Shown here: one piece after another, positions 37,501 to 48,484 of the stretch
How the letters are laid out: every line of letters starts with the position of its first letter
Numbering within the stretch: position 1 is the stretch's first letter
Assembly (NCBI GenBank): GCA_977030845.1
Contig: OZ365116.1
Coordinates: 3,720,001 to 3,784,000, forward strand
Length of the DNA stretch: 64,000 nucleotides
Reading direction: 5' to 3'
DNA from: Fimbriosthenelais zetlandica
Taxonomy: Eukaryota
Position numbers and translations under genes: made by a program
Notes under the pieces: generated by a model
Seen by the model: the letters and a program-made list of their open reading frames with translations, nothing else
What the model was told of the DNA's origin: nothing
Databases searched by the model: none

Positions 37501-40297
37501 TTTGAATATTCGCCTGTGCATCTTCCCCACAGGTGTGCTATAGGAGTAAAACTTGAGTCCTCTCTTAGGCTATTTGCTATCGGCTATAATCCAGGATTAT
37601 CCTGGTGTCAAATCTTTACCTCGTCCAGTAGCATTCCTGCTGTGAAAGGCTTCAGCTGATACAGTAGCTTTAGCTCTAACGGTTATACAAAAAACACCAA
37701 ATGCCAGTCATTTACTTTTTATAGGGATACCTGCTTACTTACCTTTATTCCTATCCCTTTTTAAAGGAAACATGTTTGTATTTTTGAGATATTTTTTTTG
37801 TAATTACCTATGTTGTGAATGTCACGAAGTTGTCGTATGAAAGTCTCGCACTAATGAACTGATTATATTTCTCATGTCCAGTCCTGACTTAGACCAGCTC
37901 GCAGCGGGCCTACCCAAGTGAGTTCCCTAACTCAGCTTACTCAATAGATGTGGGTGTTGTTGCCTTGTAGATCAGCGGCCCAACTCATGATACCTATAGT
38001 GTTGTGTCATGATACCTATAGTGTTGTGTCATGATACCTATAGTGTTGTGTCATGATACCTATAGTGTTGTGTTATGATACCTATAGTGTTGTGTTATGA
38101 TAACTATAGTCTTGTGTCATGATAGTGTTGTAGATAGATCCCAAGCGGAGGCCCAGGGATTGTGATAGTGCTCCCTGATCCACTTTCACTTCTCGTGATT
38201 ATAATGTTTAAAACCTTAGATAGCTATATGACGGACTCCTATGGCAGGGGCTAGGACTGATAAGTTGTATGGTGTTGTGACCCTCTAAGTTAGAATTGCT
38301 TTTACAGGCTTGAAAAATGTCATTTAATATCACATTAAGTCCCTTGTGTTCCACTTAGCTCTATTAATGTTTATTACAACCTTCCATATAAATATATATA
38401 GTTGGGAGTTTCTTGTGGTTTATCTATTAACATTGACTCAATTTTGAATTTCAAATTTCAATAATTCTAATTTTCCGGGTTCTTGGGAATATTTTTGTTT
38501 GTTCTTTTACAGTCATATTTATGTGGGGCCCAGTGCCTTTTTCTTGTTAATATTTCAGTTATTCTTTTCAAAATTTGCCTGTCTCTCTCTCTGACCGTCT
38601 CGAGGCTGAATCTCTTTCTGTGAATGATTAAATTTTGCTTGATGACAGTTTGGCGGAGTCTGAGATGAATCTGGAATCAGCAGCTGACGACAAGTCGAGG
38701 TTAGAGCAGACGTTAGTGGCAGAACGTGAGCAGAGACTAGCACTGGAGGAGGTGCTGGCCCAGGTACAGGAACAGCTGCGATACCAGGACCAACAAACCA
38801 TCCCACAGGTACAATTATTCTAAACCATCCCACAGGTACAATTATTCTAATCCATCCCACAGGTACAATTATTCTAAACCATCCCACAGGTACAATTATT
38901 CTAATCCATCCCACAGGTACAATTATTCTAATCCATCCCACAGGTACAATTATTCTAAACCATCCCACAGGTACAATTATTCTAATCCATCCCACAGGTA
39001 CAATTATTCTAAACCATCCCACAGGTACAATTATTCTAAACCATCCCACAGGTACAATTATTCTAATCCATCCCACAGGTACAATTATTCTAATCCATCC
39101 CACAGGTACAATTATTCTAATCCATCCCACAGGTACAATTATTCTAATCCATCCCACAGGTACAATTATTCTAATCCATCCCACAGGTACAATTATTCTA
39201 ATCCATCCCACAGGTACAATTATTCTAATCCATCCCACAGGTACAATTATTCTAATCCCTCCCACAGGTACAATTATTCTAATCCATCCCACAGGTACAA
39301 TTATTCTAAACCATCCCACAGGTACAATTATTCTAATCCATCCCACAGGTACAATTATTCTAAACCATCCCACAGGTACAATTATTCTAATCCATCCCAC
39401 AGGTACAATTATTCTAATCCATCCCACAGGTACAATTATACCTTTATACTCCAGTTTATTACCGGTATAATCACCTCAAGCGCTTCACTTGTATGTAATC
39501 AATCCGTAATCCATGTATAGGCACCTTCCCATTGTCCTATGGTTTGACTTAAGGTCATATAGTTATTTTGTATTTATTTAGCTTTAAACTTTCTTTCAGT
39601 ATTCCCTCCATATCGATGACTTGGCAGAGGTGGACGAGGAAGGTGCTAGACTTATCCCGGCGAGAACACTTAGTAAGTGCTTCATGTATTATGTTCTTAA
39701 TTATAAACATGTATTGTCTTTATTTTATAATTTGCAGGGTATATACAAGTCTTCTATACATTCTAGAATAACTGTTTAATTGCTTTCACCCTGCTAAGAT
39801 GTCACCAGACTGTGACAAAATTTTAACTTAAAAAACCCAGAGATGTATGAGAATATTTCTCATTGCAGCGCGTCAATGGCGGAGTCACTACTGGCGACTG
39901 CGGAACTGGTGGCTGCGACGCAGGTATGGCGAATATTTTAGGTATATCTAAATATGACATATATGAACGATAAATATATATTATATGTGTTAAATAGTAG
40001 TAGTTTATTATGATAAATATTATTCCATATTAATTTTTAAATATTCCGATCATTTAATATAATTATGATATGACTTATAAATTCATTTGTGATTTAAGTA
40101 GGAATGACGGATGTTGAATAAATATTTTTAAAGATTTCTATTTTGAATACATATTATTTTGAATGTTTTCCATTATTTGCAGCGCCTGGTTGAGTCGAGG
40201 TGTGCTCTCTGGACCCAATCTTCGCGGTACCATCATTATCTATCTCATTCTCCTCCACTTCTATCTTCTATTCGGCTGTTACCTCGGACTCCTATGA
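20837..40297 (+). CDS. GOLGB1: Giantin (golgin subfamily B member 1) orthologue, about 3,970-aa coiled-coil tail-anchored Golgi tether, 22 coding exons
   Basis: Exons: 20837-20920, 21119-21268, 21641-21751, 21913-22077, 22209-22334, 22754-22915, 23161-23274, 23994-24185, 24449-24634, 24805-25083, 25242-25359, 26404-26555, 26698-26883, 27415-27684, 27824-36532, 36784-37179, 37411-37493, 37882-37917, 38649-38808, 39600-39672, 39869-39923, 40183-40297. All are GT-AG with consistent phases (11,922 nt). The N-terminus MWGRLTGLASTV and SQLKDMVRQRD...KMKLQAKSKLASLNK parallel human giantin MLSRLSGLANVV and VELKDIIRQKD...KLKLHAKAKLTSLNK. The C-terminal TM segment IIIYLILLHFYLLFGCYLGLL-stop parallels AIYFLMIHVLLILCFTGHL. 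Confidence 0.92.
22502..22578 (+). repeat. (TTTA)n microsatellite, about 19 units, in a GOLGB1 intron
   Basis: Perfect tetranucleotide run read directly. Confidence 0.95.
25390..25718 (+). repeat. 37-bp pyrimidine-rich minisatellite, about 8-9 copies, followed by a CT-rich tract to about 25870
   Basis: Unit cttctacccctgactctccctccatcccttccttatc repeated in tandem, starting about 30 bp after the donor at 25360. Confidence 0.92.
25911..26398 (+). repeat. 45-bp minisatellite, about 11 copies, abutting the acceptor of exon 26404
   Basis: Unit attgatgtcaagctttgctcactggttggttttatatggtatttt. It explains the repetitive 15-aa ORFs in the track. Confidence 0.95.
26975..27390 (+). repeat. 23-bp AT-rich minisatellite, about 17-18 copies in two sub-variants
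   Basis: Units aaaatagacagtattaaaccggt grading into aaaatagacagtattgaacttat. Confidence 0.9.
37986..38125 (+). repeat. 22-bp minisatellite, about 6 copies
   Basis: Unit catgatacctatagtgttgtgt in a GOLGB1 intron. Confidence 0.9.
38797..39439 (+). repeat. 27-bp minisatellite, about 24 copies, each containing the exon end and 5' splice site
   Basis: Unit aaccatcccacag/gtacaattattcta. The first copy overlaps the end of coding exon 38649-38808. Confidence 0.97.
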
Positions 40298-43250
40298 TGA
40301 AAAATAACCGAGGACTTCATGACGCACTCTCACCTCGGCTCACAGAGGTCATCATATCTTTATACTACGATCTGAAGTATAAGAACTTTTCATACATCTT
40401 ACTAGGTTGAGAAGGACCAGATTGTTTTGGACAAAGCTCCAAAAGTTTTGTTTTGCTAAATCTTTAAAGGCCAAGGACGAAGTTTGGATGGTTTGAGATA
40501 TTATTAATGTGAGAGATATTATAATTTTAAACTTGTCAAATTATGTTTGAAAGTAGCCTTGAAGCCGGCTAATTTTCAGTTTAGTTAATAATGCATTTTA
40601 TTTGACAATGTTTTGTAAACCGTGACAATTTCGATGGACATGTATAACATCGCCTCTGTCCTAGCTAAACGTGTGGGACGGTTTAATTTTATGCTTCTAT
40701 TTTCTTTGCTTTGTATAAGGAAAAGTCCAGGTATGGAATCTCACTTGATAATGGTATGTAGTTTGTACTAAGTCAAAACAACTCCAGAAGTTTTAACTTG
40801 TTAATGATTATTTCTGAGTCGGAGTTAAGGGATGATTCTCTCTTCCCACCACTCATCTCTCATTGATTGTGAGGTTTGAGTCCATTGGATGGTAGTCATT
40901 CAGTAGAGCTAGTTATTCTTACTTCCATAGGCTTTCCATTCATTAATTAGGATTATCGTTAATCCCAAGGTGAGAGGTGATGTGAGCCACTGTTGTTGAT
41001 TATTAACCATCTGTGATAATCTTATCTATAGGTATTAACTGTCAACTGATCGGGATTATCTCCTAGTACCAGTACACATGGTGCCATTCTGGTTAATCCC
41101 TCATTCCATTACGAGTTGTGGAAACCAACACATTAATTATTATTAATCAACTATAATGTCCTTCACTTCATTATAGGTTTGATATTTTAGAATGATAATA
41201 GGGATTCTCCATTTCATTATTTGCTTTCTTTGCATTAATTTCGTATTTGTAATTACATATTTTAATTCGTTATTATCTCTCTTACCCATTTCCATTGCTT
41301 CTGTGTTTTAGCCATTTAAATAATACAGCTTGTAGAGATCCATAATTTACTTGGTTATATATGAACATTTATAATTTAAATCGGTAAATGGAGCAATTGC
41401 TTCAACATATCAGACTTCATCAGAAACAATTTTAAACTGGATTTGAACATGAAAATGTGTACAGAATATAAATGTATGGCTATTTCCTAGAATCAGTAAA
41501 TGACAAAAATATTTATATGAGAATTTTATGTATGGTTGTATGCACTAGCATTTCACGCGACCCATGCTTGTCTGAAACTGCATTCACTCAATGTCGTGTA
41601 ATTATATGAACATCTAAAAATCACGCTATTTTCTTGAATAACCTCTGGATATACAAACAAGAGAATGTAATAATGGGTAATTTACCTGAAGATAAACTTC
41701 CAGTCGCCTGTATAATAATAATTTGTCACTTTCTTGTGTCTCGGGGAGTTGTTCCCTTCTATGATTATTGCCAATGTTCACTGTTTTAAATGGAAATAAT
41801 ACTGTGATAAATGTTTGGAAGTTGAGAAAGAATCATGCCGCGAATTTCTATTAGTTACATAGAAAGATTATTGATTAAAACTTCCCCAGAATTGACCTAC
41901 CATGTTGATGGCTAGCAATATATGGATTATATTGAGGTATAGTCGTCGCTTCATAATTAATATTAGGTTATTAATCTATTATGAAATGGGCAAGTCAGAT
42001 ATTTTTAATCAAATGTTTGGAACTAGATGGCATTTCATAAGGATCACAAACTGCATGGAATGTGAACTGAATATTGTGTAAAGTTCTGTAAATGTATTTA
42101 TTTCCACGCATATTAATTTTTTATGCACAGAAGGTCATTAATCTATTATGTGGGTTTTAGAATATATGGATTCTAAAAAGTAATCATTTTTGGTTCGTAT
42201 ATGAAATGTAATGTAACATTGAAATGTATTTGGGTATATTGCTTTATTCTTGTATTTGGAGAATAATTCGTTATTAAACGGATAGCGGTAGTACAATCAA
42301 GGTTGATTAACGTGGGTTCTAATTCATTATTGGGGGATCATATATTAATTATTGTACATACAAAACGTGCTCATTAATATCTGATGTATAATAGTGTTCT
42401 ATCTGAACTCACCCACTCTTTGCTATGGTAGGTTTTAAGGCTTGTATTTGAAGTTCAATACTTCTGAGAGAATGTCGCATTTTAACATGTACATTTTGTT
42501 CTACAATAGGATATATGAAGTTGAATATAGCGCTTATTTCATTACATGTGATAACACTCTATATATTATATTATTCAAACCACTGATTAAGTTAAATTAA
42601 AGAGAATTAATCTAACCCTATTATCTGTAACCATAGATTTTAAAGAATGTGAGTTTATGCTCTCCCGCGCCACTGCCCATGCAGTCATTCGCATACCCTC
42701 CGAAAGAATGAATTAACACAAAATTTGTTTAAGAATATGTTGGAAAAACTTATGAAAGTGATTGTAATATAGAAGGTGTAAGGGTGCTGTGACATTATCA
42801 ACTACTGCAAGCTGTATACATACTGTATTACACATGGGCCATACTGGTATCATGTGGCTATGTTATGAACGGAGGTGATGGAATAAATACTCTATAAAGA
42901 GTGTATATACAAGTACTTTATCTTATCAAGTTATGTTCACATTGCAACCTTCTGATCAATGTCCCTCTAACGGTAACAACTGTAGCGTCCTATGGAAATG
43001 CCTAGAAAGTCAAAACTTTTGGGGGGGAAATGCTACGGTCGTTCCCAACTAAATAATTATGTTGTTACCCATGACTACAGAATTAACGACCTTTACAAAA
43101 TTATATTTTAATTATAATTTTTTTTATAAATGGTTTACTTTGCGATTGTGGGATGGTCGCGAGAGATCACCTATTTAAATCCTTGGGTCTGGCCCTGATA
43201 TGTCATCTATTCTTCCCATGTGTTGTGATTTGTATGGTTTCCCAAAAGAA

Positions 43251-43321
43251 TTGCCAGGCAGGGAATCGAACCCGGGTCTCTGGCGTTCCAGGCCAGTGTC
43301 TTACCCCTGGCCTACCTAGGG
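43251..43321 (-). tRNA. tRNA-like element/pseudo-tRNA (Gly-type scaffold, GGA at the anticodon position), copy 1
   Basis: CCCTAGG TA GGCC AGGGGTA AGAC A CTGGC CTGGAAC GCCAG AGAC CCGGG TTCGATT CCCTG CCTGGCA A. It is 71 nt with an A-box-like TAGGCCAGGGG, a perfect B box GGTTCGATTCC and a downstream TTTT. Acceptor and D stems are imperfect. Confidence 0.7.
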
Positions 43322-44899
43322 CGACCTGATATATGCTACGGCCAAAAGGTGACCTAGCTTACTATTATGGTATCGTGCTTCATTGCGCATGTGCTCAGGC
43401 CAGGCGCGGGGACACTTCCGCCACTCACGACTAGAATCAAGCTAAACATGAAATAGAGGAGGGTGTCATTTTCCGTCGGACAAGGACGTGAACAATCCGT
43501 GTCACGACTCTGATTTCGAAAATCTTTAATATCTCGGCAACCACTCGGTCTTTTTTAGAAATTCAAAATGGAAAATCTTAGTTGGGAAAATGTCTAATGG
43601 GTGGTATAGGAAATAAATACTGAAACTGCTTCTAAAAATTTCGATTTTCAAAATATAGCCAATTTCACAAGGTGTCCCGACTCCAGCCCTGTTTCCAATC
43701 CAAGGCTCCGATCTCAGCTGAAAGTCCGGCACAGTGGCGCCCTCAGGTGGTGGATGAACGAAGGCCTATATGACGATTGGCGCAAAGGCCTATAGCATTG
43801 GACTCTATGGAAGGAGCAAGCCAGCGCGACTGCAGCGCCCCGAGATATGATGTGGGAGAACGCTGAACTATGCTACTATAGCATTGAACTCTATGGAAGG
43901 AGCAAGCCAGCGCGACTGTACAGACATGATCTAGCGGGGGACTAGATGAACTATGTTCCTGGCCTCTTTGTCTCCTCTTCCTCTGTCCTCTTCCTTCTCC
44001 GCTCTCTCCCTTCTCTGCATCCAATGCCACAACCCTTCAGTGCCCCTCAATCTGGTTCTGCGAACCTCCCACCCGTGGCCTCTTGAAGCCCTCTGACCAC
44101 TGAAGCGTTGAAAAAGTTGAAGCTATTTCTGGCATATTTTCTCTCCAAGTTTACCTCCTCCCATGATCCTTTGCGGCTCGATTTTTAAGAAGTTGAATAT
44201 CTCCGCAATTAAGGGGTCTAAAATTATAATTGAAACGGATTATTCTTAGTTGGGAGCACCTCCAGGCGGCTATGTGGTTTTTATTTCAATAAAATTCATT
44301 TAAAATTTCTGATTTTCAAAATTGACTGAATTTCTTCAATTAGCATTGGAGTGAATGGAAGGAGGAGCCTGAGCGCCAGTGGCGACCCGAGATGCCCTAG
44401 CGGCGAAATCGTGAACTACTATGCCCGAGCCCCTGTCCCGGCTGGAAGGCCTATGCTGGCTTGTGCATAGTAGTTCAAGTTTTCGCCGTTAGGGAGTCTC
44501 GGGTCGCCACTGGCGTTCGGGCGCCTCCTTCCATTGACTTCAATGCTAACTGATGAAATTCAGTCCATTTTGAAAATCCGAAATTTTAAATTGATTTTAT
44601 TGGAATAAAAACCACATAGCAGCCTAGAGGTTCTCCTAACTAAGAATAATCCGTTTAGTTTGTATTTTTAGACCCCTTAATTGCGGAGATATTTAAGATT
44701 TTCGAAATCAGAGTCGTGACACGGATTGTTCACGTCCTTGTCAGACGGAAAATGACACCCTCCTCTATTTCATGTTTAGCTTGATTCCAGTCGTGAGTGG
44801 CGGAAGTGTCCCCGCGCCTGGCCTTAGCACCTGCGCAATGAAGCACAATACCATAATAGTAAGCTAGGTCACCTCTTGGCCGTAGCATATATCAGATCG

Positions 44900-44970
44900 C
44901 CCCAGGTAGGCCAGGGGTAAGACACTGGCCTGGAACGCCTGGGACCGGGGTTCGATTCCCTGCCTGGCAA
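44900..44970 (+). tRNA. tRNA-like element/pseudo-tRNA (GGA), copy 2
   Basis: CCCCAGG TA GGCC AGGGGTA AGAC A CTGGC CTGGAAC GCCTG GGAC CGGGG TTCGATT CCCTG CCTGGCA A, with TTTT at 44976-44979. Confidence 0.7.
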
Positions 44971-45104
44971 ATCGCTTTTGATTGCCACCTGGAGCGCTAC
45001 GCATGTATGCGGCTTATAGTGTTGACATGGGTTTGGTTTTTTTTTCGTTTGAGTTGCCGATGGGAGGAGTATCGTGCAATGACCTGACGATAGCAGACAG
45101 TGTG

Positions 45105-45175
45105 TGCACGGTAGTCTAGAGGTAAGACACTAGCATGGATCGCGAGAGACCGGGGTTCGATTCTGTGTCCATTAA
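45105..45175 (+). tRNA. Diverged tRNA-like element (GGA) in the spacer of the large inverted repeat, copy 3
   Basis: TGCACGG TA GTCT AGAGGTA AGAC A CTAGC ATGGATC GCGAG AGAC CGGGG TTCGATT CTGTG. The D stem GTCT/AGAC is perfect, the acceptor stem is decayed, and a T6 run lies at 45179-45184. Confidence 0.55.
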
Positions 45176-45246
45176 ACGTTTTTTCGCTGCTCACCACAGT
45201 GGAAGTGCTATAGAGTTAACATTGGCCTATGGTTTCCCAAAAAGAA

Positions 45247-45317
45247 TTGCCAGGCAGGGAATCGAACCCGGGTCTCTGGCGTTCCAGGCCAGTGTCTTAC
45301 CCCTGGCCTACCTGGGT
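45247..45317 (-). tRNA. tRNA-like element/pseudo-tRNA (GGA), copy 4
   Basis: Nearly identical to copy 1 (5' ACCCAGG...), with a TTTTT terminator just downstream on the minus strand (45239-45243). Confidence 0.7.
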
Positions 45318-46199
45318 CGACCTGATATATGCTACGGCCAAGAGGTGACCTAGCTTACTATTATGGTATTGTGCTTCATTGCGCAGGTGCTCAGGCCAGG
45401 CGCCCGGGCACTTCCGCCACTCACGACTGGAATCAAGCTAAACATGAAATAGAGGAGGGTGTCATTTTCTGTCGGACAAGGACGTGAACAATCTGTGTCA
45501 CGACTCTGATTTAGAAAATCTTAAATATCTCCGCAATTAAGGGGTCTACAAATACAAACTAAACGGATTATTCTTAGTTGGGAGCACCTCTATGCGGCTA
45601 TGTGGTTTTTATTCCAAGAAAATTCGTTTAAAATTTCTGATTTTCAAAATTGACCGAATTTCATCAGTTAGCATTGAAGTCAATGGGAGGAGGCGCCCGA
45701 ACGCCTGTGGCGACCCGAGACTCCCTAGCGGCGAAAACTTGAACTACTATGCACAAGCCAGCATAGGCTGTATGAAGCATGGCCTTCCAGCCGGGACAGG
45801 GGCTCGGGCATAGTAGTTCACGATTTCGCCGCTAGGGCATGTCGGGTCGCCACTGGCGCTCAGGCTCCTCCTTCCATTCACTCCAATGCTAATTGAAGGA
45901 ATTCAGTCAATTTTGAAAATCAGAAATTTTAAATGAATTTTATTGAAATAAAAACCACATAGCCGCCTGGAGGTGCTCCCAACTAAGAATAATCCGTTTC
46001 AATTATAATTTTAGGCCCCTTAATTGCTGAAATATTCAACTTCTAAGAATTCGAGCCGCAAAGGATCATGGGAGGAGGTAAAGTTGGAGAGAAAATATAC
46101 CAGAAATAGCTTCAACTTTTTCAACGCTTGAGTGGTCAGCGAGGATCGAGGCGCACTGAAGGGGCAGCGGCGACAAGGCGAACTACTACGACTGCCCTG

Positions 46200-46435
46200 T
46201 TGATAGATAGAGAGAGAGGGAGGTAGAGAGGGGGAGAGATATAGAGAGAGGGGGTGAGAGAGGGAGAGAGAGATAGAGAGAGAGGGGGTGAGAGAGGGAG
46301 AGAGATAGAGAGAGGGAGGGGGAGGGAGGGGGGAGGGGGGAAGACAGATTCTAGGTCTGGCTTAGGAATAGATATATACAGTATAGAGAGAGGAGAGGGA
46401 GGGGGAGGGAGGGGGTGGGAGGGGGAGGGGGTGTG
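46200..46435 (+). repeat. Purine-rich GA/GGA low-complexity tract immediately upstream of the PLA2 start
   Basis: Runs of (GA)n, GGGAG and GGGGAG. Confidence 0.85.
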
Positions 46436-46488
46436 AGCCCAGATAATATAACTCAGTCCATGCATCATCCAGACTGACGAAGATCATC

Positions 46489-48484
46489 ATGATGAAACAT
46501 CCATTCTCCTTCCTACTTCTCTTCCTCCTGGTCATCACACCATTGTCTAGTTCGTCCCCAGTCCGTCAGAAGCGCTACCTGATGTGGGCAGGTACCAAGT
46601 GGTGTGGTCTTGGAGACACCGCCTCTCATGACGAGGATTTTGGAACAGAATTGGAGGCTGATAAATGTTGCCAAGCTCATGATTACTGCCCGGATAAAAT
46701 CAAGAGATGGAAGGAGAAATACCACTACAAGAACTGGCGCTTCCATACCATCAGCCACTGTGCCTGCGACGAGGTGTAAGATATTTTAATATCATTATTC
46801 AATAATTCATGGAGTGAGCCAAATACTCCCATATAGGCCTACCTGTGCTACTTTCCCTCCGGAATTTACCTGACAAGTATAAATATTGTCATGCATGTAT
46901 AACGAGGGCAAACAACTACTTTTTGAAGGGTGCAAGAAATGTCTCTAATACACCAACGGCATATTAAAATCAAATCTAGTACACATACATGTATATAATT
47001 ATATCAATGTTAATTTTTGTAGACCAGGCCCGGGTTACAATGTTTTCTTTGGGTGTATCAGTCAACAGATGGTCCCCAAAGTAGGCGAACTGGTTTCTTT
47101 AAACATCCTCCATTTCTCTATTACAACCTGCCATGAGAACAGCTTGAATGGAGCTAACATCCTAATAACATATACAATGTATCTCAACCTAGACTCCACA
47201 CATGTACAAGAGTCATGTTTAAAAAGAAAACAAATGTTAAAAAAATAAATTTCATAGGTCTGCCTTGTGTTGGGATTGTATAGGTGTATATTTAGGTTGG
47301 GATTGTATAGGTGTATATTTAGGTTGGGATTGTATAGGTGTATATTTAGGTTGGGATTGTATAGGTGTATATTTAGGTTGGGATTGTATAGGTGTATATT
47401 TAGGTTGGGATTGTATAGGTGTATATTTAGGTTGGGATTGTATAGGTGTATATTTAGGTTGGGATTGTATAGGTGTATATTTAGGTTGGGATTGTATAGG
47501 TGTATATTTAGGTTGGGATTGTATAGGTGTATATTTAGGTTGGGATTGGAGAATTTATACATGACAGACTATGAGGCTATCGTGCCGGTGGTTGATAACC
47601 AAACCTTTCTATAGTTCTATACCACAAAGAGAACAATAGATCTATTATGAATCTATAGTGGAATGACCTATCTCTGCCTGTCTCTGTCTCGCTCTGTCTG
47701 ATCAGTTACTCTCAAAGTGGGAGAGACAAATGAGACATGAATGGAGCTAATACACGAGTGGGGTGCCAAGTTTATGTCAGCTATCACAACTTCAATGTGA
47801 TCCAGCGTCAATATGGTCTCCTGGAATGACGCCAGGTTTTATAGGTGCTGAGGGCACTGAGTGAATGGAGCAGCTCTTAATACGCTCCCTGGATTGTATG
47901 AGTGGGTGTAGGGGGTTCATTATAGGGCCGAGGATATGGTAGTTATAGAGGCCCATCCCTCTCAGATGGACTTTTGGAAAAGAGGGGTCGGAGACAAACC
48001 TAGGATGTGGTCCCCCAAAATAATACATAGGCCTATTGAGGGACAAAATGTCATCACCAAAAGGGTTTGGTCCCAGCCTCGTGCATGGACCTACCCCTGC
48101 ATGAACTCGCCCTGCTTATCAGTGACCTCCATTTCCCCCCAAATCCTCTGCCCCTGTTATTCAACTTATTGGTTCTAAAAATGATCCAATTTTTGTTTCA
48201 GATTTAAGCTTTGTCTACAGAGCGCTAACACGACGACGGCAGACAGCATCGGTGAATGGTTCTTTAATAATCTGCGTATTGACTGTTTTACCGTCTCCTA
48301 CGAGCTAACGTGTATAGCCCGCCACTGGTACGGCTCCTGCCGTGTCTACGGTATGGACTATGTAGCTCACACAAGAGATTCTGTACCTTACGTTCCAGCT
48401 AGTCATGATCCATACATCAATAATAATACCATCTATTACCCCTACCCTCCCCGTATACGTGACTCTATTAAATATACATATTAG
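46489..48484 (+). CDS. Secreted phospholipase A2, group III (bee-venom-type fold), 189 aa, two coding exons
   Basis: Exon 46489-46775 (donor gt/gtaaga) joins exon 48202-48484 in phase 2. Features: hydrophobic signal peptide, RQKR dibasic processing site, Ca-loop GTKWCGLGD, catalytic CCQAHDYC, HCACDEVFKLCL, IGEWFFN...CF. AATAAA near 48569. Confidence 0.93.
47270..47548 (+). repeat. 27-bp minisatellite, about 10 copies, in the PLA2 intron
   Basis: Unit tgggattgtataggtgtatatttaggt. It accounts for three repetitive ORFs in the track. Confidence 0.95.

Larger units (their letters stand above)
43233..46165. mobile_element. Composite foldback/nested inverted-repeat structure (non-autonomous DNA-transposon-like) carrying tRNA-like units
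   Basis: About 44094-44975 is the reverse complement of about 45240-46139, and extra homology links 44034-44055 to 46143-46164. Each arm has an internal palindrome of 229-bp stems: 44196-44424/44465-44693 and 45524-45752/45808-46036. A third copy of the tRNA-bearing end lies at 43233-about 43540, followed by a diverged stem-like copy. No ORF, transposase or clear TSD seen. Confidence 0.8.

Noticed and set aside
38555-39427. 290-aa minus-strand ORF of GWIRIIVPV repeats, and a CRISPR-like appearance
   Set aside because: Translation of a 27-bp tandem array antisense to giantin; no unique spacers and no cas genes, and the sequence is eukaryotic.
43251-45317. Calling the tRNA-like units functional tRNA-Ser(GGA) or ordinary SINE heads
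   Set aside because: No long variable arm, and the acceptor and D stems are mismatched. The T-run terminator follows immediately and the shared repeat body lies upstream rather than downstream, unlike a SINE.
47062-47614. Three repetitive ORFs (NPNLNIHLY, WDCIGVYLG, LGLYRCIFR)
   Set aside because: All are frames of one intronic 27-bp minisatellite.
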